Source of the DNA: Ginkgo biloba
Lineage: Eukaryota; Plantae; Ginkgophyta
Assembly (NCBI GenBank): GCA_024626585.2
Contig: JANKJI020000004.1
Span: 160,041,395-160,062,567 of the forward strand
DNA: 21,173 nucleotides
Direction: 5' to 3'
Part shown: positions 10,449 to 21,173 of the stretch, piece by piece
Layout: every line of letters starts with the position of its first letter
Position numbering within the stretch: the first letter of the stretch is position 1
Translations under genes and position numbers: made by a program
Notes under the pieces: model-generated
The model's database searches: none
Told to the model about the DNA's origin: nothing
Seen by the model: the letters and a program-made list of their open reading frames with translations, nothing else

Positions 10449-10722
10449 AATGCATGGAATCTCAAATATGTTTGATGTAATAGGTTAGAACCAATTTCCT
10501 ACCACGCTCAAATATTTTATTATTATTAGTCACTATCACTTGAGATGGATTATAGTAATCGATTGTACATTAATGCATGGAATCTCAAATATGTTTAATG
10601 CATGAGTAATATACCTCTAGAAATTATTTCTTGGAAAAAAATATTTTAAGGAATCTTATAAGCAAATATTTTATTATTAGTCACTGTCACTTGGGATGGA
10701 TTATAGTAATCATTGTACATTA
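10449..10722. repeat. Interrupted local duplication A-x-B-A-filler-B' in the AKR intron/upstream region
   Basis: A = AATGCATGGAATCTCAAATATGTTT, identical at 10449-10473 and 10572-10596. B (10509-10572) and B' (10663-10722) differ by one TAT unit, two A/G changes and a 1-nt indel. Confidence 0.9.
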
Positions 10723-13147
10723 CTTTGAATTCCATTATCCAATCACATGTTTTTATTTTTGTTAAAGTTTATTTTTTTTAAGTTTGTGAGGTATGAAAAT
10801 ATAAATTATTAAATTATTTGAAAAATATTCTCTCTTTTATATCTAATTAGATTTGTCATTGTAGAATATTCTCACATTTTTTCTTTTTTTTAATTCTAAA
10901 TTTATTTAAATACTAAAAACAAAGGATAAATCTTCTACCAACTTCCCTTTTAAAAAGGTGGGTGCTTCTATGCAAAAGTTGTAGCCATTACTTGATATTA
11001 ATGAAGTCAGTTTTGTATTAACAAAAATAATCTAACAATTTTCTTGTGTTGACCATTTCTCATAGTTAATGCTACATACAGTTTTGAAATTAGATTCTAT
11101 TGCATTCAAACTCAAGTTTTTGAGTTAGAAATAAAGCATGGTGACAATTAATAACATTGGATTCACCTGCATGCAAAAATTCATATTTACTTATCAATTG
11201 TTAACCTTGGATTCTAAAATAATGCTAAGGTATTTTCTCATGTTAAAAACTCTTGTTAACTAGCAAAATTGTGAAAGCTTAGTAGATCAATTTGTTATCA
11301 ATATTGTTAACATTGTATTGCTAGATGCTTTACTTGATTCAAATCATTTTCNNNNNNNNNNNNNNNNNNNNNNNNNNNNNNNNNNNNNNNNNNNNNNNNN
11401 NNNNNNNNNNNNNNNNNNNNNNNNNNNNNNNNNNNNNNNNNNNNNNNNNNNNNNNNNNNNNNNNNNNNNNNNNNNNNNNNNNNNNNNNNNNNNNNNNNNN
11501 NNNNNNNNNNNNNNNNNNNNNNNNNNNNNNNNNNNNNNNNNNNNNNNNNNNNNNNNNNNNNNNNNNNNNNNNNNNNNNNNNNNNNNNNNNNNNNNNNNNN
11601 NNNNNNNNNNNNNNNNNNNNNNNNNNNNNNNNNNNNNNNNNNNNNNNNNNNNNNNNNNNNNNNNNNNNNNNNNNNNNNNNNNNNNNNNNNNNNNNNNNNN
11701 NNNNNNNNNNNNNNNNNNNNNNNNNNNNNNNNNNNNNNNNNNNNNNNNNNNNNNNNNNNNNNNNNNNNNNNNNNNNNNNNNNNNNNNNNNNNNNNNNNNN
11801 NNNNNNNNNNNNNNNNNNNNNNNNNNNNNNNNNNNNNNNNNNNNNNNNNNNNNNNNNNNNNNNNNNNNNNNNNNNNNNNNNNNNNNNNNNNNNNNNNNNN
11901 NNNNNNNNNNNNNNNNNNNNNNNNNNNNNNNNNNNNNNNNNNNNNNNNNNCCTTGACTTCTAATCTAATACCGAAACCTTGGAAATAATCATAATAGTCC
12001 TATATAATTTTTCCTAAATTATATATATAAATCATTATTGTAAACAAAAGGATAAAATATATTCCTTAGATCTTTCTTAAACTCATTCTAGTAGACAACA
12101 TTTATCCTACTCACATTGTCTATAACTAGAATTTTAGCACAATAATTATTTTCTTGACACCTTCATCCTTGTAAATGTGATTTTCTACTCATTCATATAG
12201 ATTCAATATGAGTAATATACCTCTAGCACTTGGATATAAGATTCAAGCTTCTCAGATTTCATTTTTACCTTCAAATGCATATATGTCTACTTTGGATTTA
12301 GCCTTAAAATATTTTTTTCCAAGTAGATATTTCTTGGTAGAATTGGTTTGTGACTATGAAGGATATGTAGAAGAAGTATGAATAATGGAAATTTATGTTA
12401 CTAAAATTAACTAAACTAGCTACATCAAACAAAACAACCATAGAGATTAAAGCTTTTGGCATTACTTATGTTGATTCTTGTACTTATTTTTTGTTCAAGC
12501 CTATAGTCTTAGATATAGATATTACACTAAAAATATATAAAGAAATATTAATTGCTTATGAAAAAATAAAATTTATCTTCTTACCCAAACAATAACTTGG
12601 CTTGATAGCAATTGGTATGTCAAAAGTTAGGACTCTTAAGAACAAATGAAAAATAACTATGCAAAAGCACTACAAAATATTTTAGGCACTTAATAGTTTC
12701 TTTGTAAGTCACCTTTGTAATTATTTAAGATTTATACAACCTTATTACTATTGCATATCTCTTCCCTAATCATTTAGAATGCAATTTTCTTATTTCTTTA
12801 CTTTGAAACAAAGGGATGACATTTTCTTAAGTCATCATGGCATTCCCCCCCATGGCATGTGTTTCCCCCTTTGCATAATCAATTTTTCCCTTTCATATAA
12901 AAGTCTAAAACTTGAATTTAAAATACACTGAATCTTTCATGCATATATACAATTCATCTTGCATGTAGATTCTAGTTATTGATATGATGGGTAGATATGT
13001 TATGAAGTGATAAAATCTCTCACACACATGCATAATGATTTAATATTTAAATATACTTCAAAGATCCCAAGAATATAATCATAAATAGCATGCATAAAAT
13101 TTTATGAATAGAATAAAAAAAATCTTCTATTATTTTACAATAGGTAC

Positions 13148-13243
13148 GTATAATGGTTATCTATAATATCCTTCAAAAATAAGTGTCCTCTATTATGAAT
13201 TTAATCTCCACTCTCACTAAGGTGTATAATGGTTATCTATAAT
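13148..13243. repeat. 20-bp exact direct repeat
   Basis: GTATAATGGTTATCTATAAT at 13148-13167 and 13224-13243. Confidence 0.85.
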
Positions 13244-13386
13244 TCCCTTAGTGTGCTTAAATAATTATGCTTAATCTATTTCAATAATAAAATTAACAAA
13301 ATTAGATCTCTTCCATGTGCATGCAGGTGTGCTTTTTCTATAGATGCCTCAACTCTAAGTAAAAACTTCTAAAATAAAGCAAGATA

Positions 13387-13498
13387 TGATAAGGTTTATC
13401 CACTTATCTATAACGCTCAACCCTTAAGACTTAACCCTCTTAGGATCTTAAGTCATGCCCCCTTCTCTACAAGTGCTTCGCCCTTGTTTGGCTCATCA
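13387..13498. mobile_element. Short solo-LTR-like element (TRIM-like)
   Basis: A 112-bp block, more GC-rich than its flanks, bounded by TGATAAG...CTCATCA (TG..CA, 6/7 terminal inverted match). No 5-bp target-site duplication (AGATA vs TTTAA). Confidence 0.35.
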
Positions 13499-14561
13499 TT
13501 TAAACTCTTTAGAGTGAAAGTGATATGTATGTGCCCACATACACGTGAGCGCGCACACACTTTTGATGAAAATATAGGATAATCCTACCCAACAAATTTA
13601 TAATATGTTGTTGACTATTAAATTTTACTGATAAAGTATGAATGCTTTCACATAAATCAATATTGATTATATATAATATATTTTATTTAATTTTAAAGTG
13701 AAACATTTAAAAAAAAATTGAAATTATTTTCCTTGGACTTTAACCTACTTTGGAAATGAGAAAATTTGTGCAACATTTTTAGATGTAAATATAGTTGAAT
13801 TTAGATAAAGATTAAAAATGACAAGCGAAAACCCCATAAAAATAAGAAAAACTACAACAGTTGCATCCATTTGATGTCACCTTTAGTGAAATACATAACT
13901 TTCAATCATTTTTTATCTTTTGTAAAAGATGATTATTTTTATGTCATTACCTAATTTAATGCACCACTATCTTATAACTAATAATATTTGATGAACTCTA
14001 TAGTAGTAAGAAACAATTTTGATTATTCCAAAACAACTAAGGATGGTGCAAACATTAAAAAATTATCGAAGAAAAGATACTATAATTTGTTCTTTTTGCT
14101 ACTTTGGTTACTATGTTTTGAATTTTCAAAGAGCAAAAATGATTTGTTAGTAAATTGTTATATTATTTGTCAATTTTCAAGTTCTAACCTTACTTTTTGG
14201 CCTAGTTCGATCAAATAATGCATTATTTGTCAAAATTTATAGCTTATTAGTTATTTCATTTTGGTTGTAGTTAATAAAAGTTTACATTCATCGTTGAATT
14301 TGGAGATTTTTTTCCATTCTTTTTTAGTCTTTTATTATTTTTTGACATAATTGTGAGTTATAATCCTTTCTTTCCTCTTCACTTCAATTGATTATAGTAT
14401 AATTACACATAATTTAGAGTTTTTCTTGACTTATTGTTGAATAACACATGTTTCTAGTTGTNNNNNNNNNNNNNNNNNNNNNNNNNNNNNNNNNNNNNNN
14501 NNNNNNNNNNNNNNNNNNNNNNNNNNNNNNNNNNNNNNNNNNNNNNNNNNNNNNNNNNNNN

Positions 14562-14830
14562 TTTCTTCAATCGTATGTCTTTGTGTCCACTGAGTATCTG
14601 TTGTTATGTCTGTAATCTTACCGCCAAGCATTTGAGTATCTAGTGTTCTATCTGAGTGGGTTGGAAACCGAGTGTCTAAAACCATTCCTTTCCCTGTGTT
14701 TTATCTTCTCCTCCAAGCCTCCACTGCGAGGTCACTTGAGGACATCTTAGCCTTATGACATTACCTTCCTTGAATGCACATGTAGTGCATTAGAGCAAAG
14801 GTATTGGCTCTAATACCATAAAGAATCATA
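14562..14830 (-). mobile_element. LTR retrotransposon 5' remnant: tRNA-iMet primer-binding site plus leader
   Basis: GCTCTAATACCA at 14807-14818 reads TGGTATTAGAGC on the minus strand, an 11/12 match to the canonical plant PBS TGGTATCAGAGC. The adjacent dinucleotide is TA where an LTR-terminal CA is expected, consistent with C>T decay. A GC-richer leader and short ORF run down to the gap at 14561. Confidence 0.55.
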
Positions 14831-16799
14831 GAATAGCAGCAACAACAAAAAAATGGTTACGTACCACAAACAGTTCGCCTCGAATTATCCAATGATACAA
14901 ATTTACAATAAATGTTTATTTATAAATATGAATTGTTTCTTCTATTAACCGTCATAACCCTAGCTTCTAATTATTCTCATAAAATAATTTACTTATAATG
15001 AATATTATTTTAACATATGGGAGGAATAATATAATATAATTTCACATAATTGAATAGATCAAATCTTATCTTATAGCATTTACTTTTTTTGTCTTCATAA
15101 TTTGTTGTATATATAACATACACTCTTTATGCCTAGGTTCATTATAGAGAATTTATTATTGTAAATTAAGGTAAAATATCTTATTTCTTGGAACTGTATA
15201 CCACATTCATAACATTATAAGAAAATATGAAGTTGGCAGGAGTGAAAATGTAAATAAAAATGCATGAAACAAAGGTTTTTCTGGTGATGAGTTTAAGAAA
15301 TAAGAGCAAAAATCTAATCTCTTGCAGAAAGAAGTGGAGAAGGTGATCAAGTAGAGTTTTTTTTTCTTTTGTGTAGAGAGATGGATTCTAAAATAGAAGG
15401 ATCTAAAAATTCAAGGCACCTCTTAAGATTTATAAGGCTCCATTAAGATTCATAATTGTTCCTTTTGACATAGAAGAAGGTATTAACATTTTCTTCCGTA
15501 TTAGATTTTAAGGTCCTAGTTGTTGATCTCATGTAAAAAATAATTAACAATGAGATTAATAGAAACACCTTGTAGATGAACCAATTTTAATTTAATCAAA
15601 AATAAAATCATAAATGTAGAAGACCTTTGGAAGATGGGACATAACATTAAAAGTAAGAATTTTCTTTAGGGTTAAATTTTTTAATCTAAAGGATACAAGT
15701 AACAAAAATTTCAAGAAGCCTATGGTATTAATGTTAGTATTTGTTTTAAATATGGTATCCCTCACCTTCATCCATTAATATTACAATTGATAAAAATTCT
15801 AGTGCGGTTTCATCTTCCATTCTAACCACACAAACATAGTAATGAAGAAGCATTAAGGTTTGCTCAATTTAGTGATTAACAATAAAAACACCTTATAATA
15901 TAATACAAAATAAGTGGCAAGAATATGCATAGAACTTAATTGATAATAAATATTTTGAGATCACATTANNNNNNNNNNNNNNNNNNNNNNNNNNNNNNNN
16001 NNNNNNNNNNNNNNNNNNNNNNNNNNNNNNNNNNNNNNNNNNNNNNNNNNNNNNNNNNNNNNNNNNNNNNNNNNNNNNNNNNNNNNNNNNNNNNNNNNNN
16101 NNNNNNNNNNNNNNNNNNNNNNNNNNNNNNNNNNNNNNNNNNNNNNNNNNNNNNNNNNNNNNNNNNNNNNNNNNNNNNNNNNNNNNNNNNNNNNNNNNNN
16201 NNNNNNNNNNNNNNNNNNNNNNNNNNNNNNNNNNNNNNNNNNNNNNNNNNNNNNNNNNNNNNNNNNNNNNNNNNNNNNNNNNNNNNNNNNNNNNNNNNNN
16301 NNNNNNNNNNNNNNNNNNNNNNNNNNNNNNNNNNNNNNNNNNNNNNNNNNNNNNNNNNNNNNNNNNNNNNNNNNNNNNNNNNNNNNNNNNNNNNNNNNNN
16401 NNNNNNNNNNNNNNNNNNNNNNNNNNNNNNNNNNNNNNNNNNNNNNNNNNNNNNNNNNNNNNNNNNNNNNNNNNNNNNNNNNNNNNNNNNNNNNNNNNNN
16501 NNNNNNNNNNNNNNNNNNNNNNNNNNNNNNNNNNNNNNNNNNNNNNNNNNNNNNNNNNNNNNNNNNNNNNNNNNNNNNNNNNNNNNNNNNNNNNNNNNNN
16601 NNNNNNNNNNNNNNNNNNNNNNNNNNNNNNNNNNNNNNNNNNNNNNNNNNNNNNNNNNNNNNNNNNNNNGTTATAAAATTAATAGGGGGTACAAAATAGG
16701 GGGTGCCAAAATAGGACTATGACCCTATATAGGGGTATTATTTATTGTGACTATCATGTACTTGTTTTGAGATTTTATAACTAAGTGACCACCCCTAGG

Positions 16800-17670
16800 G
16801 TCCTGGTATTCATAACATATATTAGAGGCTCAATCAACTGCCTATATAAAGTGGATCAACCAAATTTGAATCATTATCATAAGTCAATTTCATATTTGGA
16901 ACCATAGGGGTATACATGGGTTTGCTATCCAATATCTAAAATCTCTTTAGGATCTCTAAAGTATACTTCCATTGTCTAAGGAAAACTTTACTTAAAACCT
17001 ACCAAACCTCTAATCCTAAAAAATAGTGCAATATACTAATATCCTTCATGTTAAATTTATTAGCTAATTTCTTTTTACACCCCAAAATGATTTGATTAGA
17101 GTTTCCTATAATTATAAGGTCATCTACATGCAATACCAAGACAAGTACATCATACTTATCAATTACATAATAAATACTAAAATCTACAGAAGTCTTAAGA
17201 TAACCCAACTTGTGTAAATACTCATCAATCTTGGCATACCATGATCGTGGTGTCTACTTCATCCCATAGAGGGATTTCTTCAACTTGCAAACATGGATCT
17301 CTCACCTATGGATTTCAAAACCTCTTCATTGATTTATGTACACCTCTTCCTTAATTATGACATTTAAGAATGTTGTTTTTACATCCATGTGATATAAAGA
17401 CCAACCAATGTAAGAAGCCAAAGATATAATGGTTATGATAGAAGTATACTTGGAAACTGGAGCAAAAGTCTCATCGTAGTAAACTCCCTCTCTCTAAGAG
17501 AATCATCTGGTAATAAACCTAGCCTTATACTTTTCAATACTCCCATCAGTTGCATGCTTGATTTTGTTAATCCATTTAGAATTAATCACTGATTTCCCAA
17601 TTGATCTTGGAGCTATCTCCTAAACATCATTTATGAGAATTGAGTTATATATCTTTCCATAATCTACTCA
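16800..17670 (-). mobile_element. Ty1/copia reverse transcriptase (RVT_2-type) pseudogene
   Basis: Minus-strand blocks in canonical order: NDV*EIAPRSIGKSVINSKWINKIKHATDGSIEKYKARF, EGVYYDETFAPVSKYTSI, WSLYHMDVKTTFLN, EEVYI, HVCKLKKSLYGMK*TPRSWYAKIDEYL, LVLHVDDLII (HVDD at 17119-17130, normally YVDD), FNMKDISILHYFLGLEVW*, then a frameshifted VDP...YRQLI...NTR. Multiple stops. Confidence 0.95.
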
Positions 17671-18689
17671 AAGATTCCTAATCTTTTTTTCAACAATGAT
17701 GATTGGACAAAAACATTTATTGTTATCTACTTTGTTTATATATTCTCTTATATCTTTTAGCAAAAGGAATTCCTTTCAAAATGGTGTAGTGTGTGGATTC
17801 TTGTCTTAGAACTACTAGAATGTCCATTTCAATCATTGGAAAGTCCTTTTCCTTTTTGGATACATCTAAAGACACTAGATATGTTTGTCCCTTATCACCT
17901 ACCATTGATATATTGTTAACAAAACTATTTTCAAGAACCCTTGATAGACTGATTTTTAAAAAATATATTCATATATTTATAGTTATATAATATGGGCCCT
18001 CAATAATAATGATTCTCATTGGAGCTAATATAAAGAAAAAAAATCTCCCATAAATATTTTCTCTTCATTTATTTTCATTACAACAATAAATACAAATGAA
18101 TTCTCAACTAATCTTGTATAATATATGTATATTTTTTTATCATTAGGTTTATGATACTACACAAAATAGTACTAAGTAAATGAGATCATTACCTATTTAA
18201 GGATTCTAATGGGTCTTTAAAACTTGAGAAAAAAGGGGTCAGTAAGGCCCCATAAAAAAAGGATAAAGATAAATGTTGATTCTTAGCCATTTATAGACTA
18301 GAATATGGAAGTAAGGATCATTATAATCTTTCCTTTAGATTATATGCCTACTTACATTTTTTTCTTACTATAAACTCCAAAATAAATATTGAGAAAATTA
18401 TAGTAAATCCTGACTAAATAAATTTAAAAATTCCATGCAATAAAATGCATAATTTTATGTTAGTCAGATGGAAACAATAAGTTTTCCAAGATATTCAAGG
18501 ATATCCCTAGGAGATCCATATTTAACAAAATGGGAATAAGGATCAAAATAACTTTAGAAAATTATTTATTATGATTATTAGATATGGAAAAAAACAAATC
18601 ACAATATTAAATTATATAAATAGAAACATTAGGTACAAGTGCAACTTCCCTTATTTTGTTCACAAGAAGAATCAAAAGTATCGTCATTA

Positions 18690-18965
18690 ATTTTTCAGAG
18701 TAGAAAAATTGTGGCTCTTAATTTATAGTAGCATCCTATTTTAGAACAAAAAAATACTTGTTTATGGACTTATAAGTGGAGGGGACCATATTTACTATCA
18801 TTAATCTATAAGGATTTCCTACAACATATAATTCAAAATTTATAATAAGCGTATTTTCTCAAATAATGTAATCTTATCGATCTATTTGAATGGAGACTCG
18901 TGACTCTCACTGAAATACAAAGGTAGATTGAGCCATAATTATTATTATAAGAGTAAGAAACTTTA
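18690..18965 (-). mobile_element. Possible highly decayed Tat/Ogre-type aspartic-protease region
   Basis: Minus-strand fragments GSIYLCISVRVT and GNPY...NMVPSTY loosely resemble GxITLPIxVGP...LLGRPWIHxMxAVPSTY. The match needs frameshifts and is weak. Confidence 0.25.
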
Positions 18966-20373
18966 TGAGATATTTAANNNNNNNNNNNNNNNNNNNNNNN
19001 NNNNNNNNNCAGAATTGGTAATCTCAACAAATTATAATATGCACAACAAGGATACAAATTCTTTCCCCTTCAAACACTAACTTGTCTACTAAGATATTTT
19101 AACATGAAATATAATAAATAATGGTGAAAAATATATGACTTGTAAATCTATTTAGAGTAAATATAATGAACTTAAAGATAATATGTTATTATGTAGAATA
19201 AAAAAGGTTCCTTCCTAATAGGTATGCATTTTAAAANNNNNNNNNNNNNNNNNNNNNNNNNNNNNNNNNNNNNNNNNNNNNNNNNNNNNNNNNNNNNNNN
19301 NNNNNNNNNNNNNNNNNNNNNNNNNNNNNNNNNNNNNNNNNNNNNNNNNNNNNNNNNNNNNNNNNNNNNNNNNNNNNNNNNNNNNNNNNNNNNNNNNNNN
19401 NNNNNNNNNNNNNNNNNNNNNNNNNNNNNNNNNNNNNNNNNNNNNNNNNNNNNNNNNNNNNNNNNNNNNNNNNNNNNNNNNNNNNNNNNNNNNNNNNNNN
19501 NNNNNNNNNNNNNNNNNNNNNNNNNNNNNNNNNNNNNNNNNNNNNNNNNNNNNNNNNNNNNNNNNNNNNNNNNNNNNNNNNNNNNNNNNNNNNNNNNNNN
19601 NNNNNNNNNNNNNNNNNNNNNNNNNNNNNNNNNNNNNNNNNNNNNNNNNNNNNNNNNNNNNNNNNNNNNNNNNNNNNNNNNNNNNNNNNNNNNNNNNNNN
19701 NNNNNNNNNNNNNNNNNNNNNNNNNNNNNNNNNNNNNNNNNNNNNNNNNNNNNNNNNNNNNNNNNNNNNNNNNNNNNNNNNNNNNNNNNNNNNNNNTTGG
19801 ATTATCTCATTAGAAGTACACTCTCCCCATTATAAATAAAATAAAATGAGGATTACTAAGGCATTAATCATAGATAAATCTAAAAATTAATCTACAAAGT
19901 GAAAAATCCAAATGCAAAAAAATCCAAACATTCTATAGGAGGAAATAATATTTTCATTATTTGAAATAAGAGTAATGAGAACAAGTGATGAGTCCATGCC
20001 CATATTTTTAGATTTTACNNNNNNNNNNAATAAAGGAAAATAATTAAAATAAGCATAAAAAAAAAAGTCGTAATATTATTAAAGTAAGAGGGGTGTGTGT
20101 GTGCACACTCAAACATGTGTAAGAATCAAGATATTACATCAATCAATCTTAATCATGTATTATTAGTCAGTAATTTTTACTTGGACTACTTATTTAATCC
20201 ACCTTTTCATCATCAAATATTATAGCATAATGAATAATGGTTTTGGTGGTATGACATCTTAGAGTAGCACCAGAGTTCTATAGAAGAGCCACCTCATTGA
20301 TGGATATTATTTTCCACTCCTAACCCTGTTCGGTTCCATACCCATTGCTAGAAGAGTCATCAATTTGGTTGTA

Positions 20374-20749
20374 TGCAGGGGGTGAAGGATCCCCATATCA
20401 GGGGAAGGCAATAGTGGAAGATAGCATGGAGAATCTTGTGCAAATCAGTTTGGTTCATCTTATGGGGTGGATAGATTCATAATATTGCTTAGTTAGTTGG
20501 GTGTAGAGTATGTGATAACTTTTTTCCTATTTCATCCTTTTATTCATTATTTTGATGTGGTTTATTTGATCATTTACATTCAAGCATTAAGTAAGGTTTG
20601 GATATGGCTATGGTTTGGATTTGTTTTGACTATAGTTGGGTTATGATTTATGTTCTTCTGTGGGTTGTAGATACCACCCCATACCCATGGGTTTTGTTTA
20701 ATTTTAGGTTCTATATTTTATTCCTAGTGCCCTACATGGTATCTAAGAG
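20374..20749 (+). mobile_element. 5' LTR (about 363 bp) followed by a tRNA-Met-like PBS
   Basis: Starts TGCAGGG (20374) and ends CCCTACA (20730-20736), a 6/7 terminal inverted match. It is immediately followed by TGGTATCTAAGAG (20737-20749), which resembles TGGTATCAGAG. Confidence 0.55.
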
Positions 20750-21173
20750 TTTTAGAGTTATGATTTGTCTTATTTATGGTTTTTTATTTTTATAATAGTA
20801 TTTTATGTTCTTTATTAGGGTTTTTATCTTTGGTGATGCCTTGTGAGGAATCCTATTACTAAGTATTTCCAATATTTCTCTACGAGGAGTGCATTTACTC
20901 TAGTGTAGGAATGATAAGGTTTTGTTTCCTTGTATTTTGGCTCCCTACATGGTGTATGAGTTATTTTGGTTCTATGTTCTGGTACCCTATGTGGTGACTG
21001 AATTAGCTCGAACCCTATGAGAAATACCTCTCCTTTAGGGTGTTGTTCTCATTGAGGATTCCTTCTTTTTTAATTTTTGGTATAAATCTAATCTCATTCT
21101 TCCCATTTTGAATGAAATTAAAAATAAATATTTGTAACCAAAAAAAAATATCATATCACAATGAATTTATAGG

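Noticed and set aside
11140-11185. Upstream AKR exon at an acceptor-like TTTTGCATGCAG|GTG on the minus strand
   Set aside because: The translation VNPMLLIVT does not match the expected AKR exon start VEMHPxWQQ.
13387-13499. C/D box snoRNA on the minus strand (ATGATGA at the 5' end)
   Set aside because: There is no terminal CTGA box D, and the TG..CA LTR-like reading explains the ends better.
8660-14818. AKR exon captured inside a single copia running from the PBS at 14807-14818 to the integrase fragment
   Set aside because: The orientation is compatible, but no gag, protease or integrase core is visible between them. The spacer is intron-like and three gaps intervene, so there is no positive support.
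8660-17670. Copia integrase and copia RT fragments as one element
   Set aside because: On the minus strand, copia order needs integrase at higher coordinates than RT. Here it is reversed, they are 7.7 kb apart and they differ in decay.
9093-19835. Long ORFs 9093-9599, 9102-9617, 11318-11956, 11325-11963, 15940-16722 and 19224-19835
   Set aside because: They consist almost entirely of N-gap (X residues) and are artefacts.
20093-20106. GTGTGTGTGTGCACAC palindrome, and a similar tract at 13525-13560
   Set aside because: Short microsatellite-type alternation that is common by chance, with no supporting structure.

Overview
AT-rich, heavily gapped eukaryotic DNA. I infer a land plant, most likely a gymnosperm/conifer, from the retroelement types and the AKR sequence; this is not verified. 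The window is mostly nested, decayed transposons. There are two Ty1/copia remnants on the minus strand (integrase C-terminus ~8660-9133, reverse transcriptase ~16800-17670) and two divergent pseudogenised copies of an uncharacterised retroelement accessory ORF (~100-1900 and ~4923-5450). There is also a ~950-bp TIR-bounded non-autonomous DNA element (7716-8659) and several LTR/primer-binding-site remnants. The only host-gene sequence I recognise is the last exon of an aldo-keto reductase (AKR4-type) gene at 9942-10169 (-), which has an in-frame stop. The most unusual signal read directly from the sequence is a local duplication at 10449-10722. Its junction filler is stitched from three exact pieces (one direct, two inverted) of a 116-bp tract 1.6 kb away, as expected from multi-step template-switching DNA repair. 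I found no intact gene, RNA gene, CRISPR array or convincing new multi-gene system. Most of the long ORFs in the track are artefacts of N-gaps.
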